A DNA stretch of 45,464 nucleotides from Nemertoderma westbladi (Eukaryota > Animalia > Xenacoelomorpha), in the NCBI GenBank assembly GCA_032718475.1, contig JAUCBJ010006502.1, positions 1 to 45,464 of the forward strand. Direction: 5' to 3'. The notes under the pieces are model-generated. The model did not search any database and was not told the origin of the DNA. It saw only the letters and a program-made list of their open reading frames with translations. Made by a program: the position numbers and the translations under genes. How positions within the stretch are numbered: position 1 is the first letter of the stretch; the number at the start of each line of letters is the position of its first letter. Below, piece after piece: positions 24,592-36,590 of this stretch.

Positions 24592-25847
24592 GGCTTCATC
24601 TGAGCAATGAACAAACTAGTGAGCTCCCTTAATGTCTCCAACAGAACAGCAATGTTAGATCAAAGTAAAAATCTGGATCATATTTCTCTGGGGTGTAGTA
24701 TATCCATGGTTTCTACTACCATATTGAGGGCATATACGCATCTACCCAATTTAAATCAATTGCTATAACTGGTTATTGGTTATAACTGGTTATAACATTC
24801 TTTCAAATAAATTATTTAGAAAATATTCTAAGAAAATTTTGCATATCGATCGGAGAAGAGTTAGGCGTTTAAATCTTAATAGAGCTGTTAGAGCTTATCG
24901 CATCTTCTTTCGATTAAGGTTGACAATTCTACATTCTCACAGTTTTATCAATGTCGACAAACCACTAAGCAGTTAGTCCATACTTGTAGCATGAACAGGT
25001 TCATAATAACGAAACCTTACATTAATTAACATCGGATAATATTACATTATAATTTCACTCATATATAGGAAAACACAAAGCACATAATACGTAATACAAT
25101 TAATTGCTGAACGGAAATTAAATATAGTTGGGATGAGGATAATAATGGATAGCGGAACATAAAGTAAAATTTCAAGCAGAACAAACCAAATTACGTATTT
25201 CTTCTAATTCAATCATTTCTAGAAAACACCAAAACCTCCAAATAATTGAGCCCACAATCTATAATGTATCTGTAAATGACACTGTATGATATTGCATGGG
25301 AATCAGGAAACCTATTAATATTATTTGGCCTACACCTTTTTTACACGTTAAAATCTCGGTACCCAACACTTTGACTCAATCACAGAGGGAATCAATGATT
25401 TGGTCAATGATCTAAAATAACCAATCAATAATATCGGTAGTGTAGTGAAGAAATACATGGTAGACAGCATACCTCAAATGACATGAACGAGAATTAAATA
25501 AGTACTTAAACAAAGAGAGCTTACTTAATGTCACGCAGACAACACCAAATGATATAGTGATAAATATTGAACACAGTTATTAACGATGACAGGATTTGTT
25601 TGCTCAGGTTATAAATTATTTCTACATTTCTACAGCTCTAACGTCTACATTAATTCGCTTTTGAATACAGCACTGTAAAGTGATGTTAAATAATGATCCT
25701 TCCAAAGTTATAACATAACAACAATAATATTTAAATTTTTGAATAAACAGTTACCGGTAACCGGCACCTTTACAGTTGTGTCACGATATTGTTGTGTTGA
25801 TCACGATATTAAACATAAACGAACAAGGTCTCAAAGACAACAGGTTT

Positions 25848-26639
25848 TTAATTGTTATTGTTTTTATCAACCAAAGACTCATCACCACCTTCAGGTAATA
25901 TCTCACTCAACTTTCCCATCAAATTGACCAGCTGATCGTCCCCAATGTAATCCCGGAGCTGAGAACGACTCACAAACTTGACATCAGAGACTTACTCTTC
26001 CCCAATTACCTTCTTCAATATATTCCAAATGCTGTTGAAAACGCCCCTAACATCCACGACCAGAATGTATTCCAACCAATCAGGGTAGTATAACTTGCGA
26101 CAATCGTACATGAACCGACACAACTCGTAATCGAAATTCCCGATTCCCGCTCCTTCCATGTCCACCATCATCGTCATCCTCCCACCAGTCAGGTTTTCTT
26201 TCGAGAATTGCTTTTCCAGAATATAAACGAATTGACGTTTTGCCTCTTCGGTTCGCTTCTTGCTGTGCATTCTGTATTTCATGGCGCATATTCCGTTCCC
26301 ATAGACGTCGACACATCCAAAAGTGAACGGTCCATTATTGGCATTCGCGTCATTGATGACATTCATGACTCCGAATTCTTTACGCCACAATAAACTCAAT
26401 TGGATATGTAGAACGGTCTCATTCACCAAATCTTTGGACTGCTGGTTGTGGCGGATATATCGCCACACCCAATTGTTATTTTTTCGAATATCATCTATAT
26501 CTTCCTCGTAAAAGGCGCCATCCTTCAACCCCTTCATGTAATCTTTTAGAAACTTGTCGCGGACCTTCCCAATTAGCTCGTGATGTTCCTTAGACGATGG
26601 GTCCTTTGGAATGATATTTGGCGATGAAAAGACAGACAT
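25848..26639 (-). CDS. CRAL-TRIO (Sec14-like) protein similar to the MOSPD2 N-terminus; intronless, one internal TAA at 25992-25994
   Basis: WVWRYIRH..SLLWRKEFGVMNV, MMVDMEGAGIGNFDYEL, YYPDWLEYILVVD; the frame continues after the TAA as VSDVKFVSRSQLRDYIGDDQLVNLMG to TAA 25848. No MSP or TM domain. Confidence 0.75.
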
Positions 26640-26997
26640 GGTTTACTAGAGATCCTTAACTCGCTAACATTAACACCAGCTACAATTTTTATTTAGAACT
26701 GACATTTACAAATTCCTTTTATACTTGACGTGGCATACACTTAACCAACCAGAGATGCGGAAAATGTTTTACTGAAACCAGATGGTATTAAAGAGACGTC
26801 ACTTCGAAATATCCTTTTTTATGGACTTCCTTTCGCAGCTTTAAACTCTATGGAGGCATTAATTAAAATGTTCTGCAACTTCTTCCAAGTAATTTCAAGG
26901 TTTTTACGATAGAAATGCGTATCTTGTAAATAGAATGTGACATTTATAGAATACATCGAATAGTCATGGAATACTTATTTACATAGAGCCACATTTC

Positions 26998-29980
26998 ATG
27001 GTAACCTTCCTTAGAGATCACCTATATTTTATGATGACATTGTCGAGGCAATGTGGTGAGTATGGTAACCTTAGAGATCACCAATATGTTATGATGACAT
27101 TGTCGAGGCAATGTGGTGAGTATGGTAACCTTAGAGATCACCTATATTTTATGATGACATTGTCGAGGCAATGTGGTGAGTATGGTAACCTTAGAGATCA
27201 CCTATATTTTATGATGACATTGTCGAGGCAATGTGGTGAGTATGGTAACTAGAGATCACCTATATTTTATGATGACATTGTCGAGGCAATGTGGTGAGTA
27301 TGGTAACCTTTGAGATCACCTATATTTTATGATGATATTGTCGAGGCAATGTGGTGAGTATGGTAACCTTTAAGATCACCAATATTTTATGATGACATTG
27401 TCGAGGCAATGTGGTGAGTATGGTAACCTTTGAGATCACCTATATTTTATGATGATATTGTCGAGGCAATGTGGTGAGTATGGTAACTTTAAGATCACCA
27501 ATATGTTATGATGACATTGTCGAGGCAATGTGGTGAGTATGGTAACCTTAGAGATCACCTATATTTTATGATGATATTGTGTTGGCAATGTGGTGAGTAT
27601 GGTAACCTTTGAGATCACCTATATTTTATGATGATATTGTGTAGGCAATGTGGTGAGTATGGTAACCTTTAAGATCACCAATATGTTATGATGACATTGT
27701 CGAGGCAATGTGGTGAGTATGGTAACCTTAGAGATCACCTATATTTTATGATGACATTGTCGAGGCAATGTGGTGAGTATGGTAACCTTAGAGATCACCA
27801 ATATGTTATGATGACATTGTCGAGGCAATGTGGTGAGTATGGTAACCTTAGAGATCACCTATATTTTATGATGACATTGTCGAGGCAATGTGGTGAGTAT
27901 GGTAACCTTAGAGATCACCTATATTTTATGATGACATTGTCGAGGCAATGTGGTGAGTATGGTAACTAGAGATCACCTATATTTTATGATGACATTGTCG
28001 AGGCAATGTGGTGAGTATGGTAACCTTTGAGATCACCTATATTTTATGATGATATTGTCGAGGCAATGTGGTGAGTATGGTAACCTTTAAGATCACCAAT
28101 ATTTTATGATGACATTGTCGAGGCAATGTGGTGAGTATGGTAACTAGAGATCACCTATATTTTATGATGACATTGTCGAGGCAATGTGGTGAGTATGGTA
28201 ACCTTTAAGATCACCAATATGTTATGATGACATTGTCGAGGCAATGTGGTGAGTATGGTAACCTTAGAGATCACCTATATTTTATGATGACATTGTCGAG
28301 GCAATGTGGTGAGTATGGTAACCTTTGAGATCACCTATATTTTATGATGATATTGTGTAGGCAATGTGGTGAGTATGGTAACCTTTGAGATCACCTATAT
28401 TTTATGATGATATTGTGTAGGCAATGTGGTGAGTATGGTAACCTTTGAGATCACCAATATTTTATGATGATATTGTGTAGGCAATGTGGTGAGTATGGTA
28501 ACCTTTAAGATCACCAATATGTTATGATGACATTGTCGAGGCAATGTGGTGAGTATGGTAACCTTAGAGATCACCTATATTTTATGATGATATTGTGTAG
28601 GCAATGTGGTGAGTATGGTAACCTTTAAGATCACCAATATGTTATGATGACATTGTCGAGGCAATGTGGTGAGTATGGTAACCTTTGAGATCACCTATAT
28701 TTTATGATGATATTGTGTAGGCAATGTGGTGAGTATGGTAACCTTTGAGATCACCTATATTTTATGATGATATTGTGTAGGCAATGTGGTGAGTATGGTA
28801 ACCTTTAAGATCACCAATATGTTATGATGACATTGTCGAGGCAATGTGGTGAGTATGGTAACCTTAGAGATCACCTATATTTTATGATGACATTGTCGAG
28901 GCAATGTGGTGAGTATGGTAACTAGAGATCACCTATATTTTATGATGACATTGTCGAGGCAATGTGGTGAGTATGGTAACCTTTGAGATCACCTATATTT
29001 TATGATGATATTGTGTAGGCAATGTGGTGAGTATGGTAACCTTAGAGATCACCTATATTTTATGATGACATTGTCGAGGCAATGTGGTGAGTATGGTAAC
29101 CTTTGAGATCACCTATATTTTATGATGATATTGTGTAGGCAATGTGGTGAGTATGGTAACCTTTGAGATCACCTATATTTTATGATGATATTGTCGAGGC
29201 AATGTGGTGAGTATGGTAACCTTTAAGATCACCAATATTTTATGATGACATTGTCGAGGCAATGTGGTGAGTATGGTAACTAGAGATCACCTATATTTTA
29301 TGATGACATTGTCGAGGCAATGTGGTGAGTATGGTAACCTTTAAGATCACCAATATGTTATGATGACATTGTCGAGGCAATGTGGTGAGTATGGTAACCT
29401 TAGAGATCACCTATATTTTATGATGACATTGTCGAGGCAATGTGGTGAGTATGGTAACCTTTGAGATCACCTATATTTTATGATGATATTGTGTAGGCAA
29501 TGTGGTGAGTATGGTAACTAGAGATCACCTATATTTTATGATGATATTGTGTAGGCAATGTGGTGAGTATGGTAACCTTAGAGATCACCTATATTTTATG
29601 ATGACATTGTCGAGGCAATGTGGTGAGTATGGTAACTAGAGATCACCTATATTTTATGATGATATTGTGTAGGCAATGTGGTGAGTATGGTAACCTTTGA
29701 GATCACCTATATTTTATGATGATATTGTGTAGGCAATGTGGTGAGTATGGTAACCTTTGAGATCACCTATATTTTATGATGATATTGTGTAGGCAATGTG
29801 GTGAGTATGGTAACTAGAGATCACCTATATTTTATGATGATATTGTGTAGGCAATGTGGTGAGTATGGTAACCTTAGAGATCACCTATATTTTATGATGA
29901 CATTGTCGAGGCAATGTGGTGAGTATGGTAACTAGAGATCACCTATATTTTATGATGATATTGTGTAGGCAATGTGGTGA
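26998..29980. repeat. 60-bp minisatellite, about 50 copies
   Basis: Unit ggtaaccttagagatcacctatattttatgatgacattgtcgaggcaatgtggtgagtat with 58-59-bp variants; no spacers. Confidence 0.97.
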
Positions 29981-30049
29981 ATAAAATTGAATTTAAAACA
30001 CAATTTAGGGTTGTCGAACCATTGGTTATTGATAAATTGTATTTTTCGG

Positions 30050-30280
30050 ATATAATCGACAGAGACAAACAGAAGACGACAATCGACAACCGACAGAAGC
30101 CTCCCTTCGGCAACTGAAAATAGATAGTCCACAACAACAGCATATAACCGACAGAATAGCCTCTGACAACAGACAACCAATAATGGACAGGAGACAACTG
30201 GCATCCGGCAGAAGGCAACCGACAACAGATACCCGACAAACGACAGGAGACAGCAGCCAACTAAAAACAGGCAACAGAAA
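30050..30280. repeat. Degenerate short-period repeat (cgacag/gacaac)
   Basis: Repeated ccgacaga, gacaac and ggcaac motifs; explains the Cys/Val-rich minus-strand ORFs. Confidence 0.55.
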
Positions 30281-31214
30281 TATGAAATATTATTTTGAAT
30301 ATATTATACTGTCAAATTTTTCACAGCGCAATACGGCATTATTTTAAGGCAATAACTTCAATCGGGAACTTTTACGTCCATACGGGCGCAATTATAGAAT
30401 ATAATGCCATCAACCCCACTGGTGTTTTAGTAACCATAGTTACTTACATGAGCAAGTTTCAAATAAAGTAATCCATTAGCTTAGCTGTGCTAACCTTTCT
30501 GCTTGCTGCGTTAGGCGTATTTCTAGTAATTTGACCTTCAATTATTGGTAAGTGTAGATATAATAGAAAGGTGCTTGTGCTTGCTAATCTTACCTTTGAC
30601 TCTGATTATGGTTAGCCATTATTACTACTAAAACCGACTCAAACCTGATTTTTATGCAATATTTACTGCAACCATTAACCGTTAACTAGGCAGATAAAAA
30701 ATATATAAAATTTAACCCTTTTGCGCCTAATGCCTAAAATTCTAACGTGCACTGCCAGTCTACAAAGTGGTGGAAATTTATTCTAAAATTAGACAAAAGG
30801 AATATATGGTAAATGACTAATTAATTTAGAATATTTACTACATAAGGGTTATTGACGGTGCTGATTTCAATGATACTAGTCTATAATTCCGAATTTTTTT
30901 GAAATTGACACGGGCCTAGCATGATGTCCCAAAATATTCTCCCATTATGATCCTATCAGAGTCCATTGCTTATTGATACTGATCGGTTTCGCATAACTTG
31001 TGGAGTGTCTACCTGGAGATTCGGACAGAATAATATGTAGTCCCACCTTGGCGTATGTTAGTAATATATCATATACGATGCGATATATCAATATAGTATA
31101 TGATGACATGTGGTTCCAGGCCAATGGGAGGCAGTATATATAAGTATGCCTATAATACGCGGATGGAGTAAGACTCATTAACAAATTAGACAAGGTAACT
31201 TGGCAGGTTCAACT

Positions 31215-31619
31215 GGTACGCTGCAAACTTAGCCCGCGAGAAAGCTTCGCCCGCGTCCAATCTTCGCCCGTAGGCAATCTTCGCCCGCGTCCAATCTTCG
31301 CCGGAGGAATCTTCGCCCTCAAAATGAGAAACTATCGCCCGATGGAAACCTTCGCCCGTAGGCAATCTTCGCCCGCGAGCAATCTTCGTCCAATAAACAA
31401 TTATTGTTTTGGTTAGAAAGAGCTGTTTCTGTAACCTGCTCCTTTCCCTCAATTGGTAATAACATCGTTTATTGTTTTGGTTAGAAAAAGCCGTCTCTGA
31501 AACCTGCTCCTTTCACTCAATTGGTTACTAAAACAAATCTTATTGGGCGAAGGTAGCTCGCGGGCGAAGATTGGCTTGTGGGCGAAGAAGATTGGACGCG
31601 GGCGAAGGTTGGACCCATC
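31215..31619. mobile_element. Foldback/MITE-like element with tandem cttcgccc motifs in inverted arms
   Basis: About 8 aatcttcgcccg units on the left, gggcgaag units on the right, duplicated internal ttggttagaa..aacctgctcc module; no TSD found. Confidence 0.7.
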
Positions 31620-31974
31620 GAGGAAATAATAAATAAATAAATAATAAAAATAAATCAATAAATGTGGGAAGCACATTAATGTGCTGGTGCGGTAATTGTG
31701 ATAGTTTCTTTGTATCTTTCACATTGCGAAAATTTTAGAAAATTATAGTTTACTTTTGAATGCTATAATCGGTTGTTTTATCAGTTAATTGCACCCATAA
31801 TATCAATATAAAGTTGAGTACATATTAATGTAATATCTCGAACAATACTTATGGTAGGTACCAACAACAGCCGCAAGCGCCTACGCCCTACATAGGCCTA
31901 AAACAAAGACAAACTCAGAAGATCGTATCCGACAAACACTGCATACGTTTAATTAACAAACATGAGTCATAACG

Positions 31975-32625
31975 TTATATTTGACTTTTCGGTAAATTGG
32001 ATATAAGTTGTTGAATTCTCGCTAGTACGATCTCGTTTCCACAATCAACTGAGTCCGCAGTGAATGGGGGCCTTATTAAAGCCGCCCCTAAAACCCTGAC
32101 ACCATCTTCTTCTATCTCAACAGGTACTCTATTATCCTTCAGCCACCCTACTAGCTCATCTCTCCTCCCTTCCACCGCTTCAACAACTTCCTCAAAGGAC
32201 TCCTCCGGGAATATTGACTCTATAATCGATCGTTCTGAATCTGTAGCCAAGCGACCCACTCTAAGTTCCAGAACGCAATGCCCCATGACAACTTGGATTA
32301 ATGGATTATTCCGATCTATAGAATCTTCACTCGGAGCTTGGAACTCATCTTCCGAGCTACTGACCGTATCCCCATGGGAACTGCCACTGCCTGGGTCTCC
32401 TTGAGATCCAGTGTTTTGGGAGGAATGACTGCTGACTATTACAATAGAGTTAGAGACAGGGTCCACAGTGTACAGAAACCCGGTCTGAGTTAAAGGTTTA
32501 GTTAGTTTGCCAGTTCGACATCGAATATAAACCCAATGGAAACGGATTGATTCGATTTGAGTTGGTTCCAGTGCGTTGAATTCTTCAGCTGTGTATGTGT
32601 GGAGGCATTGCTGAGAGGAACACAT
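31975..32625 (-). CDS. GEMIN6: Gem-associated protein 6 (SMN complex), coding region intronless
   Basis: GFLYTVDPVSNSIV, VMGH, WLKDNRVPV, IRPPF and NEIVLARIQQLI match the Gemin6 Sm-like and C-terminal motifs. Confidence 0.9.
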   Translation of the reverse strand: MCSSQQCLHTYTAEEFNALEPTQIESIRFHWVYIRCRTGKLTKPLTQTGFLYTVDPVSNSIVIVSSHSSQNTGSQGDPGSGSSHGDTVSSSEDEFQAPSEDSIDRNNPLIQVVMGHCVLELRVGRLATDSERSIIESIFPEESFEEVVEAVEGRRDELVGWLKDNRVPVEIEEDGVRVLGAALIRPPFTADSVDCGNEIVLARIQQLISNLPKSQI

Positions 32626-33184
32626 CTCTAAACAACTAGTATACAGGATGATACAATGTTACAGAGCCATTATAAGTAAATGGATATAAGTTTTTATAAT
32701 AGTTTTTTTTTTAGTTATTAACTAAATAGTAAATACATTATTTAATTAGGTTTGCATAAAATGGCACTGTAAACGCATTTTTAATTGAAACTTTTACATT
32801 AATAACAATAACGTTCCCTCCGATACAAGTGAAACATTTAAATTCCCATCATCGGTAATATATTATTTCTACTTAAATTCGATATTTATTATATTTTATT
32901 AGCTTTTTAATTCAACTGCATAACATTTATAAAAAACAAATAAACCGAAACCATTAAATTAAATCAATGTTCAAATAATTCATCTCATTTCATCAGATTC
33001 ATTTCATTTCACAATTTCCCAATAAATTACCGTATTTCCCCAACCTATACCGTATTTTACCACTCTATACCGTATTTCACCACACATATCGTATTTACTA
33101 TTTAGCCCCAGTTTATTTCCCATATTTACACTTCTCAGGCACATATACAGTGAGAGATATAAACGTAGTAAAAGTACTGGAGAA

Positions 33185-34735
33185 CTATTGAGCCAACCCT
33201 GTAACTACAAGTTGGTGTAGATAGGGGTCTAGTTTCCATATCTTATGTTGCCCTTTAACAGGCAATTTAACGATAAGTTGCCGCGGATTTTGGCAAAGAA
33301 AGACGAACGGCGACTGGGATTCCCCGTTGGGATGGAGAGCGCGGTAAGTTTCCTGATCCAAAACGTCGACAATATCGACGCAACCGAGGACGCAGCCAGC
33401 CGGGTACTCGGACGGCAAGCTAACGGCCCCATCCCGGTGCAGTGTCTCGACCGCCACTATATCTTCCCGTAGGGGGGGCCGCGCAGTAGCGGCGATCCAC
33501 AAGCGGCCCCGATGCGGCGAGTACCAACCCCGGCCCTCGTCCAACTTGGCCCCGCAGACTAGCAGCGACGCCCAGGGCTGATGGAGACTCAGACATTTCC
33601 CGGGGTCACTGACTTGCTGCAGACCCGCGTCCTGGAGCCGCAAGTCCCTGCGGGAGATTTTAGTACCCGCGCTGACTCGCTCCAACTCCGCCGTTATATC
33701 CACGGAGTCGGACTTACGGGGAGCCAAAACGAACCGCGGTAGGGGATCCTGTCCAACCCCGGTCCCTCCCACCCACGTCCCTCCCTCCTCCACCACCCCA
33801 GCCTCCCACCCCTCCCCCCCACCAACCATCCTCTCCTCCTCGATCACACACCTCCCCGCGAAGTCCACAGTGACGCCCCTCCCGCTCCGACGGTCGTGCC
33901 GTCTCTCGCGGAGCTCCGACTCCGCACTCCGCGCGGCACGCCGCTCCGCCTTGCTCAACCAACTAGCCGCCCCCGAGGCGAACCAATCCGACTGATCGTC
34001 GATAACCTTAGTTCGACTCGAACTAGTTTTATCGAACTCGAGTAATCGATTCTTCTGTTCCAACGCCCTCCGTATATCAGCCTCCCTCCCTCCCGGGTCC
34101 CGTACTCCCTCTCCAAAACCGCCTCCCGATATTAACCCGCTCCCTAACACCCCCAAACCCCCAGGTTTATCCGTATCAGCGCCTCTTAATCTCTCTAACA
34201 ACTTCAACCCTTTCTTCGACCCCGAGTCTATAAGTTCCTTCTCGGCCTTACTGCAGACTAGAGCCGCGCAGTGCAGACAAGGTCCCGACCCTTCCTGCGC
34301 GCAGACTATGCGACCGCACCGCAGACAGTTGGACACCAAGCCGTGTCTCTGACCCGCACAGTCGCATGAGTTTCTCCCTGGGAGTATCAGGTTACTCCGC
34401 TGCTGACCCTGGTTGCTGTACAACGGGACGAATCGCTGGCGTTTCTTTTTACCGCCCGACCGTTGAGGACTGATGACGTCATCTATCATTTCAGCTACGT
34501 CATCCTCCGAGTCGTTGCCACGGAAATCAATAGGAAGGGATTCCACGGGAATACCACACTTCGTTGAGTCAACAAATTTGGTTTCATCTGGGGGGTGTTG
34601 TGACGTCACTGCGGTGTAACTTACGCCACACACGACTGGGGGGTGTTGTGACGTCACTGCGGTGTAACTTACGTCACACACGACTGGGGGTTCACCGGCG
34701 TTGCTTTTTTTTTTGCTTCTTCTTTTGTCTTTCAT
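33185..34735 (-). CDS. TRIP4: Activating signal cointegrator 1 (zf-C2HC5 plus ASCH domain), intronless as seen
   Basis: CDCAGQRH..NCLRCGRIVCAQEGSGPCLHC; RTKVIDDQSDWF; CLSLHQPWASLL..EGRGWYSPHRGRLWIAA..KGQHKIWKL. First ATG at 34735; true start uncertain. Confidence 0.92.
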   Translation of the reverse strand: MKDKRRSKKKSNAGEPPVVCDVSYTAVTSQHPPVVCGVSYTAVTSQHPPDETKFVDSTKCGIPVESLPIDFRGNDSEDDVAEMIDDVISPQRSGGKKKRQRFVPLYSNQGQQRSNLILPGRNSCDCAGQRHGLVSNCLRCGRIVCAQEGSGPCLHCAALVCSKAEKELIDSGSKKGLKLLERLRGADTDKPGGLGVLGSGLISGGGFGEGVRDPGGREADIRRALEQKNRLLEFDKTSSSRTKVIDDQSDWFASGAASWLSKAERRAARSAESELRERRHDRRSGRGVTVDFAGRCVIEEERMVGGGEGWEAGVVEEGGTWVGGTGVGQDPLPRFVLAPRKSDSVDITAELERVSAGTKISRRDLRLQDAGLQQVSDPGKCLSLHQPWASLLVCGAKLDEGRGWYSPHRGRLWIAATARPPLREDIVAVETLHRDGAVSLPSEYPAGCVLGCVDIVDVLDQETYRALHPNGESQSPFVFLCQNPRQLIVKLPVKGQHKIWKLDPYLHQLVVTGLAQ

Positions 34736-35085
34736 TTTTTTACCCACTTGTAACTAACTGCGTACTGGTGGCCTACTGTGGTACAGTTTAGTTGGGATAT
34801 CCAGGCGAGATAGTACGGTAGTACTAGCGCTTAAACTAGTACTAGTTTAAGAGTAATAATTAATTAATTATTACCCAGTCGAGATTGCCAATTATTGCGC
34901 AACACAAGCAGTAGGTGGGCGTTTTTTGCTTTTCTTTTTGGTGGCAGGTTAATCTGCTCCCTCGCGCGTAATGCGCCCTGCAGGGCCGGGCCTATCCTAA
35001 CTGCCTAGTGCCTATACAAACCACCCCCACCCACTGTTATGAAAAACAGAAAAATATAAAATTAAAACTAAAAGTTACCGGTAAT

Positions 35086-35330
35086 GGGTGTAAACGCTAT
35101 ACCAGTATGTCGACAGACGACGACCCAACCACTGCCGACACCGACAATGGCAAACATGAAACTGTAACCTGTTTTCATGACTCGATTATTGTTTTGGTTA
35201 GAATAACTTTCCACTGTAACCTGTTCCTTTCCCTCAATTGATAATTAACATTAATTAGAGCCAATAACTGAATAATGGTAGTCAGCTTTGGTTGTCGGAT
35301 GTCGCCGATGTCGGCGTAGCGTTTACACCC
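35086..35330. mobile_element. MITE
   Basis: Perfect 14-bp TIR gggtgtaaacgcta / tagcgtttacaccc with imperfect extension; internal ttggttagaa..gtaacctg module; no TSD seen. Confidence 0.75.
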
Positions 35331-36590
35331 AACGATTACTGATGAATAGCACCACATCCACATCAGCAAAAATAACAAACTCAGAAACTGCTCTGCAGTC
35401 TATACCGGTAGTACTGTAGTAAATAATCTGGTAGTACAGTAGCACTGGTAGCAAGGCCAAGGAGTATTCTACTGTCAGACTGTTCTACTCTACTCCAGGT
35501 ACTCTACTATCCAGCTATCAGACTAGGCCTATGCAGCTATGTCAGATGTCAGTACTGCAGTATGTACTAGTACTGTAGTACCGGCTGACCGGTAGTAGAT
35601 TAGTCCTTATGGGCAGTTGCGCAGTAGGCATACAACTACAACACACTTTCTCTGTCCAGGGGTACGCGTACGACGGTTCAATAGGCTGATAGGCCTACAT
35701 TTAGGACAGCAGACTCAAGATCTGCAGATGCCTGTACAGCTGTACAGCTACAGAGCTATACGACGTAAGTAAGTATGCAATGTTTTAAATTTCCCGCCAA
35801 CAACCCGTTAGAATGTTTATTTTATGCATTTTTTATGATTCTACATTTTTGTAAGTTCTACAGGATAGGCCCAATCGATTTCACAATATTCCAGAGTCCA
35901 CGGACGTTGCCTTGTGGGGATTTCATAAATTAAAGTTAATTATTATATGAATGTCTATATTTTATTCTATACTGTATTAGTATTAAAGGTAATATTATAA
36001 TAATTTATATATTCTATACTGTATTAGTATTAAAATATTCTGTTTTCAGTCAATATTTGTATATTTACAAGGTTTGTATCCGAAATAAAAAAATTTCTGC
36101 ACTAAGTACTGTATATTATATTCCTATTCTACTCCTGCAAATATTGCATTATTCTTTGCATGGAAGTATGTAATATATGTTTTAGCTGATTCGTGTTGGT
36201 AATATTGTTGCCACCAATAATCCGACTGATGTCCAACTGGCATCATTGTGGATTTTTATAAAAGTTACCAAATTCTACACCGGATCCTGACATTATATGA
36301 AAATGCAATATGATTTTCGATCCCACCGGGTGTTTTCCAGAACGTTTTTGTTTTACGCACTATTTTTCCACTATGCCTATTATACATGGGAGCAGGCCCG
36401 ATTTCAAATTAGATTATATAGTTTGCTACCTACCTCTTAAAGATAATAAAGTTTTGTACAGTTAAATAAATTTTAAAAATTAATTATCTAATAAATAACA
36501 TACCATTGTATCATCATCATCAATCTTAAATTCCTGGATGTTTCGTAATTTAAATAACCATTTATTGGTTGGGTAATGGTCTATAAATAA

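Noticed and set aside
26998-29980. CRISPR-like array or repeat-protein ORFs
   Set aside because: Head-to-tail units with no unique spacers, no cas genes, eukaryotic context; frame broken by 58-59-bp units. The same applies to the other arrays.
30440-30620. Cluster of minus-strand donor-like motifs suggesting micro-exons (MANHNQSQ..)
   Set aside because: Joined frames hit stops and show no similarity to dynein or any protein I recognise.
35765-35775. gtaagtaagt as the donor of a non-coding BCKDHB first exon
   Set aside because: Motif only; no supportable start site or paired acceptor.
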